From positions 1 to 7,375 of the forward strand of contig NW_021828906.1 of assembly GCF_006345805.1 (NCBI RefSeq): a DNA stretch of 7,375 nt, given 5' to 3'. This document shows, piece by piece, positions 1-7,081 of this stretch. Source of the stretch: Octopus sinensis (Eukaryota). The notes under the pieces were generated by a model. The model ran no database searches. It was not told where the DNA came from and saw only the letters and a list, made by a program, of their open reading frames with translations. The stretch's first letter is position 1. The number at the start of each line of letters is the position of its first letter. Position numbers and translations under genes: made by a program.

Positions 1-31
1 GCATTTGCATCTATGTATAAAATTATGCAGG

Positions 32-98
32 CATGGTTCAGGATCAATCCCACTGCATGGCATCTTTGGAACTAAAATTAGATGGAAACTGTGAAGAA
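32..98 (+). mobile_element. Degraded, internally deleted 5' fragment of SINE family AB
   Basis: CATGGTTCAGGATCAATCCCACTGCATGGCATCTTTGGA and TAGATGGAAACTGTGAAGAA match two separate parts of the 5' half of the copies at 1654 and 3905. Confidence 0.55.
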
Positions 99-224
99 TC
101 TTGTAATGTGTTGACAACTCTTGAAAAGTAACAGCATCATTTTTCTTTTTCCTTTTTGTGTTACTAAATCGAATTTTTCCCTGTAAGTTTGGAGCTATAC
201 TCCCTAATATTATTATTATTATGT

Positions 225-274
225 TATATATATATATATATATATTATAATATATATATGTGTGTGTGTGTGTG
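225..274. repeat. (TA)n(TG)n microsatellite, probably the internal tract of a SINE AB copy
   Basis: Visible dinucleotide runs directly preceding a SINE 3' half. Confidence 0.9.
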
Positions 275-480
275 TTTGGGCCACCCCACCATTGCTTGAC
301 AACCAGTGTTGGTATGTTTACATGCCTGCAGTTTAGCAGTTCAGCAGAAGAGGCCAATACAATAAGTACTAGGCTTTAAAAAGAATAAGTCCCAGGGTTG
401 ATTTCTTCATCTATATCTCATCAAGGTGGTGCTCCAGCATGGCCATAGTCAGAATGACTGAAACAAATAAAAGACTAAAA
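271..480 (+). mobile_element. 3' half of SINE family AB
   Basis: CCATTGCTTGACAACC...AATAAGTACTAGGC...GGTGCTCCAGCATGGCC...ATGACTGAAACAAATAAAAGA aligns to 1852-2049. Confidence 0.85.
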
Positions 481-593
481 GTATATACATGTGTGTGTGT
501 ATGTGTGTGTTTGTGTGTATTTATATGCATATGTGTGTATGTATTTGTGTGTGTTTGTATATATATATAATATATATAATATATATATTATAT

Positions 594-627
<34 letters not shown>

Positions 628-735
628 ATATGCATGTGTGTGTGTGTATACACATATTTATATTTATATGCATATGTGTGTATGTAGTGCGCATTTGTGT
701 GTATGTATGTGTGCGCATGTATATATATATATATT
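481..735. repeat. Compound TA/TG microsatellite
   Basis: Direct reading of the sequence. Confidence 0.95.
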
Positions 736-900
736 CTGTAATATAAGGATGAAATAGAAACTGAAAGACGAGTGTATATTTATATTTGGAACTGCGTGTA
801 GAATTTCAATACTCGGTTCTTTGATTTCCTTGTTCTATAAATACACCTTATCATCCCTTCAAATGCTTTAATCAGTCTCCGAACAAAGATGTTACTTGCT

Positions 901-950
901 CTCTTTCTCTGTCTCTCTCTCTCTCCTCCCCCTCATCCCTCTCCTCCCAT
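901..950. repeat. CT-rich polypyrimidine tract
   Basis: (CT)n followed by C-rich runs. Confidence 0.85.
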
Positions 951-996
951 CAACCTTATATCATTCCTCATATTGATTGATTTTCTCTATTTAAAG

Positions 997-1034
997 ATAT
1001 ACATAATACATATATATATATGTGTGTGTGTGTG

Positions 1035-1080
<46 letters not shown>

Positions 1081-1105
1081 CACATGTATGAAAGATACAC
1101 ATACA
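997..1105. repeat. Compound TA/TG/CA microsatellite
   Basis: Direct reading of the sequence. Confidence 0.95.
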
Positions 1106-1450
1106 GAGTCACTTACGCCCGTATATGCACTCCTGTGCATATACTCCACAGACATGCATCGTTCACAGTTCCATGCTTATATGCATATATACACACTCAC
1201 TCAGTGATGAAGTTTCATTAATTTTTTTTTTACATGCATGCACACACACACACAATTGGATCATGTATAATATTCTGTTTTTAGACTATTCAGTTGGTGT
1301 GCACTGTTTAGTGGCATTCTCTGTGTGCGTTTATATATATATATATATATACCGGAGTAAACACATAAATGTGAAACAAGGTGGAGAAAAGAGTACTCAA
1401 ATACCAGTGGTAGAGTAATATGCTTTATTTAAAGCAGCAGAAAATTCAAC

Positions 1451-1497
1451 AAAACCTGTTACTCTGAGTTTCCCGTTGCCGTTCATCGGACAGTTTT
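1451..1497 (-). ncRNA. Minimal type I hammerhead ribozyme-like motif (variant core CCGAUGA)
   Basis: Minus strand reads AAAA-CTGT-CCGATGA-ACG-GCAA-CGG-GAA-ACTC-A-GAGT-A-ACAG-G-TTTT. Stem I is CTGT/ACAG (extendable by AAAA/TTTT), stem II has a GNRA loop, stem III is palindromic, and the cleavage triplet is GUA. Confidence 0.7.
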
Positions 1498-1539
1498 TGC
1501 TAGATTTTAGCAAGATTCTAGTTTTGCTAGATTCTAGCA

Positions 1540-1585
1540 AAAACTGTCCGATGAACGGCAACGGAAACTCAGAGTAACAGGTTTT
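1540..1585 (+). ncRNA. Second hammerhead-like motif (1-nt deletion at the base of stem II)
   Basis: AAAA-CTGT-CCGATGA-ACG-GCAA-CG-GAA-ACTC-A-GAGT-A-ACAG-G-TTTT; the predicted cleavage site would lie between 1576 and 1577. Confidence 0.6.
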
Positions 1586-1622
1586 GTTGAATTTTCTGCT
1601 GCTTTAAATAAGTATATATATA

Positions 1623-1653
<31 letters not shown>

Positions 1654-2049
1654 AAACGTAGGAGTGGCTGTGTGGTAAGTAGTTTGCTTACCAACCACAT
1701 GGTTCCAGGTTCAGTCCCACCACGTGGCACCTTGGGCAAGTGTCTTCTACTATAGCTACGGGCCGATCAAAGCCTTGTGAGTGGATTTGGTCGATGGAAA
1801 CTGAAAGAAGCCCATCGTATATATGTATGTGTATGTGTATATGTTTGTGTGTCTGTGTTTGTCCCCCTAGCATTGCTTGACAACCGATGATGGTGTGTTT
1901 ACGTCCCCGTAACTTAGCGGTTCGGCAAAAGAGACCGATAGAATAAGTACTGGGCTGGCAAAGAATAAGTCCAGGGATCGATTTGCTCGACTAAAAAGGT
2001 TGTGCTCCAGAATGGCTGCAGTCAAATGACTGAAACCAGTAAAAGAGTA
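1654..2049 (+). mobile_element. tRNA-derived SINE family AB, full-length, with internal microsatellite (~1818-1851)
   Basis: A-box-like TGGCTGTGTGG and B-box-like GGTTCAGTCCC, then CCTTGGGCAAG (a CORE-like motif). Collinear with the copies at 3905-4281, 6516-6960 and 7082-7375. Confidence 0.9.
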
Positions 2050-2326
2050 TTTGCATGTGTGTGTGTGTATGTGTGTGTATGCATGTTCATGTATGTTTAT
2101 ATGATTGATTGTCTATATCTGTGTGTATGTCTAAAAATGTGTCAACCGAGAGTGAATCTATTTATATTTAAGAAAAATGCTAATTACATTGACTCGAATG
2201 GGTTATTTTTTTTTTCGCATGTTTATCATGTTTTGACTTCGTTATATACTGATAATATAATAATAATAATGAGAGACATGAACAAACTTTTCATTAATTA
2301 ATTTGGCATAACTATCTTACATTTAG

Positions 2327-2360
2327 AGCTCTCTCTCTCTGCTCTCTCTCTCTCTCTCTC
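2327..2360. repeat. (CT)n microsatellite
   Basis: Direct reading of the sequence. Confidence 0.95.
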
Positions 2361-2494
2361 GTTGCAATAAATAACCCAAGATAATTTGCTATTAACTAAA
2401 TGGTTAGTTGTCTGTGGCCTATTTTGTTAACTGGAAAAAAATCCTATGGTCACTTGTGCAACAAGCAATGAAGTTATCAGTGTTTTACATAGAT

Positions 2495-2647
2495 CAGGCA
2501 TAGGAAATCTGCAACGGTGCAGGACATTATGAATAGCAGGCCTAGAGAAAAATTACTTCAAAATTTCTATTAATTGCATGCATGACCAGCGTGATTATGA
2601 GCCATGCCTCACATGGCCCACCCCTTGGAAGAAGTTGGCCATACCTG
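2495..2647. mobile_element. Probable short non-autonomous hAT (Buster/Charlie-like) element
   Basis: Left end CAGGCATAGGAAATCT versus reverse-complemented right end CAGG(C/T)ATGGCCAACTT (11/16 against the copies in units 2 and 3). GGCC subterminal motifs are present. Flanks ACATAGAT and ATGTA(A)GAT resemble a decayed 8-bp nnnTAnnn target-site duplication. Confidence 0.45.
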
Positions 2648-2906
2648 ATGTAAGATAACTTGTCCTATTGCGTATGATCAGGTTAAGTGCATGACCGGCA
2701 TGATTATGAGCCATGCCTCACATGGCCCACCCCTTGGAAGAAGTTGGCCATGCCTGATGTAAGATAACTTGTCCTGTTGCGTATGATCAGGTTAAGTGCA
2801 TGACCGGCGTGATTATGAGCCATGCCTCACATGGCCCACCCCTTGGAAGAAGTTGGCCATGCCTGATGTAAGATAACTTGTCCTGTTGTGTATGATCAGA
2901 TTAAGT
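2579..2906. repeat. Tandem repeat, 3 x 109 bp
   Basis: Units start at 2579, 2688 and 2797. Only 6 variable positions occur across the three units, all transitions. Confidence 0.97.
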
Positions 2907-3088
2907 CAGTTTAGTGGTCTTGTCAACTCTTGTAGTTCCCAGTGTTCAAATCCTAAGTGGTCCACATAGATATAGGTACAGTGAGTTGGAAGGAAGGTTC
3001 ATACATGTGCTTGATAAAACAAGTGGTCTCTGGATTAGTTTTGACTGATAGCCAGAACCATTGGATGAGCATAATAGGGTGATACCCC

Positions 3089-3252
3089 GAGTGGTTTTGT
3101 GGTAAGAAGCATGCTTCCCAACCACATGGCTCCAGGTTCAGTCCCACTGTATGGCACCTTGGACAAGTCTCTTTTCTTTTATAATATGGGAGAGACTAAG
3201 ACCTTGTGAGTGGATTTGGTAGATGGAAACTCAAAGAAGCTTGCTGTGTGTG
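3089..3252 (+). mobile_element. 5' half of an older SINE AB copy
   Basis: GAGTGGTTTTGTGGTAAGAAGCATGCTTCCCAACCACATGG...GATGGAAACTCAAAGAAGC aligns to 1660-1815. Confidence 0.85.
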
Positions 3253-3258
3253 GGTATA

Positions 3259-3617
3259 CTAATAATGATGATAATAATCCTTTCGACCCCAGTATGCAAC
3301 TGGTACTTAAATCATCGGCCCCGAAAGGATGAAAAGTAGTGTCACCCTGGACAGAATTTGAACTTAGAATGTAAAGACAGATAAAATATCTATTTCTTTA
3401 CTACCCACAAGGGGCTAAACACAGAGTGGACAAACAAGGACAGACAAACGGATTAAGTCGATTATATCAACTCCAGTGCATAACTGGTACTTAATTTATC
3501 GACCCCGAAAGAATGAAAGGCAGTCGACTTCAGCGGAATTTGAACTCAGAACGTAACGGCAGATGAAATATGATTATGCCTTTCGCCCAGCTTGCAAACG
3601 TTTCTGCCAACTTGCCT
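3259..3617 (-). mobile_element. Second tRNA-derived SINE (family C): full unit 3390-3617, partial tandem unit 3283-3389, (ATT)-rich tail 3259-3279
   Basis: Minus strand has A-box-like TGGCAGAAACG, B-box-like GAGTTCAAATTCC, and central GCCTTTCATTCTTTCGGGGTCGATAAATTAAGTACCAG. The B-box-to-central segment recurs at 3283-3389. Confidence 0.85.
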
Positions 3618-3669
3618 ATGTGGTGTGTGTGTGTGTTTTGCATTTGTTCCCCTTCTATTGATAGATAAA

Positions 3670-3835
3670 TGTGTGTGTATCCCACTACAGCTTGACCGCT
3701 GGTGTTGGTTTGTTTTACTTGCTGTAACCTTGCAGGGTTCCAGCTAAAAGAAGCTGATGAAATAGGTACCAGGTTTGAAAAGAATTAATTAGTAGGGTCA
3801 ATCTGTTTGACAAATTACTGAAACAAGTAGAAAAA
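3670..3835 (+). mobile_element. Degraded 3' half of SINE AB, partner of 3089-3252
   Basis: GCTTGACCGCTGGTGTTGGTTTGTTT...GAAATAGGTACCAGG...TACTGAAACAAGTAG, with an internal deletion relative to 1852-2049. Confidence 0.65.
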
Positions 3836-3856
3836 CGAAAGAATTAAAGAATATGC

Positions 3857-3904
3857 ACCCACACACACACACACACACACGCATCACACACGTGTGTGTG
3901 TTGT
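3857..3904. repeat. (CA)n then (GT)n microsatellite
   Basis: Direct reading of the sequence. Confidence 0.9.
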
Positions 3905-4281
3905 GTGGCTGTGTGGTAAGTAGCTTGCTTACCAACCACATGGTCCCAGGTTCAGTTCCACTGCGTGTCATCTTGGATGAGTGTCTTCTACTATAGCATT
4001 GGGCCGACCAATGCCTTGTGCATGGATTTGATAGACGGAAACTGAAAGAAGCTTGTTATATATATTTATATATGTGTGTGTGTGTGTCTGTGTCTGTGTC
4101 CCTCACCATCGTTTGACAACCGATGTTGGTGTGTTTACGTCCCCGTCACTTAACGGTTCGGCAAAAGAGAACGATAGAATAAGTACTAGGCTTACAAAAA
4201 AATAAGTCATGGTGTCGATTTGTTTGACTAAAGGCGGTCCTCCAGCATGGCCGCAGTCGAATGACTGAAACAAATAAACGA
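3905..4281 (+). mobile_element. SINE family AB, near full-length (internal microsatellite ~4057-4086)
   Basis: Collinear and highly similar to 1654-2049. Confidence 0.9.
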
Positions 4282-4285
4282 AATA

Positions 4286-4316
<31 letters not shown>

Positions 4317-4421
4317 TATATATATATATATATATATATACATTATATATATATGTGTGTGTGTGTATGTGTGTATGTGTATATATATATATTATATATG
4401 TTGTGTGTGTATGTATGTATG

Positions 4422-4466
<45 letters not shown>

Positions 4467-5038
4467 ATATATGTGTGTATATATAAATATATATATATAT
4501 GTGTGTATATATGTGTGTATATATAAATATATATATATGTGTGTATATATAAATATATATATATGTGTATATATGTGTGTATATATAAATATATATATAT
4601 GTGTATGTATGTATATATAAATATTAATATGTGTATGTATGTGTGTATATATGAATATATATATGTGTATGTATGTGTGTATATATGAATATATATATAT
4701 GTGTATGTATGTATATATAAATATATATATATGTGTATGTATGTGTGTATATATGAATATATATATGTGTATGTATGTGTGTATATATGAATATATATAT
4801 ATGTATGTATGTGTGTATATATGAATATATATATATGTATGTATGTGTGTGTATATATAAAAATATATGTGTATGTATGTGTGTATATATAAATATATAT
4901 GTATGTATGTATGTATTTAATATATACATAAATATATATGTATATATTATATATATGTATGCATGCGTAAATATAGAAATGTGTACGCACGCGCTCACAA
5001 AAGCATGTACGTCGTACGTGTGTGTGTGTGTGTGTGTG
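4282..5038. repeat. ~750-bp compound TA/TG microsatellite containing a ~34-bp minisatellite (~4590-4900)
   Basis: GAAT/AAAT marker positions at 4619, 4653, 4687, 4719, 4755, 4789, 4823 and 4891. Confidence 0.95.
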
Positions 5039-5077
5039 GTATATGTCATTAAGTTGTATGTTATGTTAACAGCTGAA

Positions 5078-5098
5078 CAGAGAGAGAGAGAGAGAGAG
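5078..5098. repeat. (AG)n microsatellite
   Basis: Direct reading of the sequence. Confidence 0.95.
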
Positions 5099-5346
5099 TT
5101 GGCAGAGTAGGGGTGGGCCAGGGTGAACGAACAGGGACTGTTAAAGAAAGGACAACAGACTGAGAGACTGGAATGCTGGTGCTTCTATGAAATACGTTCC
5201 TGTAAATGTTTCTATGGCAACAGGCCACCGCCGCCATCGTCATCGTCATCTCTTACTTACTGAGCAAAAAGAATCTTAATCCTCGTACGACCACCACGAC
5301 TAAAAACAACACTGCCTTTTTTTCACCACCATCGAACTGAGAGTGA

Positions 5347-5836
5347 GAGAGGTGCTTCTATGTGGTCGCTCGACATGCTGAAATAGTAACCAAATCTCTT
5401 CAATTCTCACTGTAGTTTAGTGTCTTATTGTGAAAGAAGGGTAGAGGAGCCTCTGTGTAGTCGCTCAACATGCTGGAAATAGCTGCCAAATTGCCCTTAA
5501 ATTTCGCAAGTTTTTTTTTTTTTTTTTTGCATTGACAGAAGGGTAGAGGAACCTCTCTGTGGTTACTCAACATGCTGGAAATAGCTACCAAATTTCCTTC
5601 AGATTTTCACTGTGGTGTCATATTGAAAAAAGGAAATATAGAGTGACCTCTATCTGGTCGCTTGACGTGCTGAAAATAGCAACCAAATCTCAAATTTTCG
5701 CTGCAGTGTCTTTTTATTGATAAAGGATGTGTAGATGACCCTCTATATGGCCATTCAACATGCTAGAAATAGCAGCCAAATGTCCCTTAAATTTCATTAT
5801 CTTTTTTACAAAAAAACAGAAGGGGAACATCAGATA
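5347..5836. repeat. Diverged tandem array of five ~93-102-bp units
   Basis: Motif TAGAGGANCCTCTATGTGGTCGCTCAACATGCTGGAAATAGCNNCCAAAT recurs, with C(A/G)TGCT anchors at 5374, 5469, 5571, 5666 and 5759. Confidence 0.85.
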
Positions 5837-5928
5837 AATTGTAAGTCTTCAATATAAATTGCTATATTTGAATAATAAAAGATGGAAGGGTCACCATTGG
5901 AGCACTTTGGATGATAGGTGTAGGGGAA

Positions 5929-6046
5929 GGCACGACTGTGGTTTAGAAGCCGTGTTTGAAAAGTGTATTTGAAAGACGGAAACTGAAAGAAGCCTGCCGT
6001 GTGTGCAGCCCTTACTACCACTCGAAAACTGATGTTGGCTTGTTTG
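5929..6046 (+). mobile_element. Collapsed, degraded SINE AB-related fragment
   Basis: AGACGGAAACTGAAAGAAGCCTGCCGT-GTGTG...ACTGATGTTGGCTTGTTT matches the region around the internal microsatellite of family AB. Confidence 0.5.
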
Positions 6047-6139
6047 CATATCTTCCATTTTTGCCCTACCTTCGCTATCTGTCAGGATTTCGATTATAAA
6101 ACTTGACCCCAGAATATTTTATAAATAATAAGGATAACA

Positions 6140-6403
6140 TTGGGTTGGTGCATAAATATTGCGGCTTTTTGGGGGTTTTTTTCAACAAATTTTATTCAAC
6201 AAAACCAATAAGAATATTCAACAAAAGCATCTTTAAATGATGGTCTGAACGTCTGCCAAGCAAAAGGGAAGCAGTAATTGAAGTAGATGGTGAATCTGAT
6301 CCGGAATAATCATTTAAAGATGTTTTTGTTACATGTTGTTATTGTTTTTTGTTGAATAAAATTTGTTGGAAAAAAAAGCCGCAGCAATTATGCACCAACC
6401 CAG
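6140..6403 (+). mobile_element. Mariner-derived MITE (264 bp) with ~100-bp inverted arms
   Basis: Ends (T/C)TGGGTTGGTGCATAA...TGCGGCTTTTT resemble the Hsmar1/MADE1 terminal inverted repeat (TIR). TA lies at 6404-6405 and CA at 6138-6139. Arms are 6140-6241 and 6309-6403. Confidence 0.85.
6247..6309 (+). pseudogene. Remnant of a mariner transposase C-terminus
   Basis: Translates to ERLPSKREAVIEVDGESDPE*, resembling the mariner C-terminal LPxRWxxVIxxxGxY pattern, and lies just before the right arm. Confidence 0.6.
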
Positions 6404-6515
6404 TATAAAAAGAAAAAAATCCTGAAACCCATAATTTAAGATTCAGAGAGAGAAAGAGAAAGAGAGGGTGAGAGAGATGCAGATTAAATGTTTGTGTGTG
6501 TGTGTGTTATACATA

Positions 6516-6755
6516 TACTCTCTTTTACTTGTTTCAGTCATTTGACTGCGGCCATGCTGGAGCACGCCTTTAGTCGAGGAAATCGACCCCGGGACTTATT
6601 CTGTAAGCCCAGTACTTATTCTATTGGTCTCTTTTGTTGCCGAACGCTAAGTGACGGGGACGTAACACACCCCACATCGGTTGTCAAGCAATACTAGGGG
6701 GACAAACACACACACACACACACACACACAACACACTACACACACACATATATAT

Positions 6756-6787
<32 letters not shown>

Positions 6788-6960
6788 CATATATACGACA
6801 GGCTTTCTTTCAGTTTCCGTCTACCAAATCCACTCACAAGGCATTGGTCGGCCCGGGGCCATAGCAGAAGACACTTGCCCAAGATGCCACGCAGTGGGAC
6901 TGAACCCGGAACCATGTGGTTGGTAAGCAAGCTACTTACCACACAGCCACTCCTGCGCCT
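6516..6960 (-). mobile_element. SINE family AB, full-length (internal microsatellite ~6706-6795)
   Basis: Reverse complement starts AGGCGCAGGAGTGGCTGTGTGGTAAGTAGC and ends GAAACAAGTAAAAGAGAGTA. Confidence 0.92.
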
Positions 6961-7072
6961 ATATATATATAATATACATACATACATACACAATATGTGT
7001 GTTTTGTCCGTCTCTCTTTACATATGTGTGTGTATGCATAGAGATAGATGTTTCTATATATGTGTGTATATA
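6961..7072. repeat. Degenerate TA/CA/TG microsatellite
   Basis: Direct reading of the sequence. Confidence 0.8.
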
Positions 7073-7081
7073 TAGTTATTT

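Larger units (their letters stand above)
1352..1612. mobile_element. Fold-back element with inverted arms, likely a non-autonomous Penelope-like pLTR remnant inserted in (TA)n
   Basis: Arms 1425-1504 and 1533-1611 are reverse complements with one 1-nt indel. Each arm has a hammerhead-like motif followed by AATAAA (minus, 1424-1429) or AATAAG (plus, 1607-1612). (TA)n flanks both sides (1332-1351, 1613-1653). Confidence 0.65.

Noticed and set aside
521-1418. ORFs 521-718, 889-1221, 1022-1207 and 1125-1418
   Set aside because: They are dominated by translated microsatellite and CT tracts, with no recognisable domain.
1660-1735. SINE heads as genuine tRNA genes
   Set aside because: The A/B boxes are degenerate, no full cloverleaf is apparent, and the heads are embedded in repeated SINE bodies.
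2579-2906. 109-bp array as CRISPR, coding repeat, snoRNA cluster or ribozyme array
   Set aside because: There are no unique spacers, and the period is not a multiple of 3. GTGATTA/CTGA box-like motifs lack a terminal stem. CTGATGTA is not followed by a GAAA hammerhead core.
2935-2960. Isolated B-box-like GTTCAAATCC
   Set aside because: No matching A box or SINE body is recognisable nearby.
4261-5110. Cluster of long overlapping ORFs (up to 215 aa)
   Set aside because: They are Y/I/H/T/V/C/M repeats produced by stop-poor TA/TG microsatellite, with no protein-like content.
5223-5310. GC-richer GCCACCGCCGCCATCGTCATCGTCATC segment as a Kozak or exon start
   Set aside because: There is no ATG in context. 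It is a degenerate trinucleotide repeat, and the overlapping 62-aa ORF is uninformative.
5400-5591. 63-aa ORF with an internal repeat (AISSMLS)
   Set aside because: It is a by-product of the ~95-bp tandem array and a poly-T run. The unit lengths do not preserve frame across the array.
1688-7075. Similar short ORFs in SINE copies (e.g. GLNLEPCGW at 1688-1873 and 2953-3147; 4146-4343, 6488-6697, 6736-6993, 6875-7075)
   Set aside because: The shared peptides only reflect shared SINE DNA.
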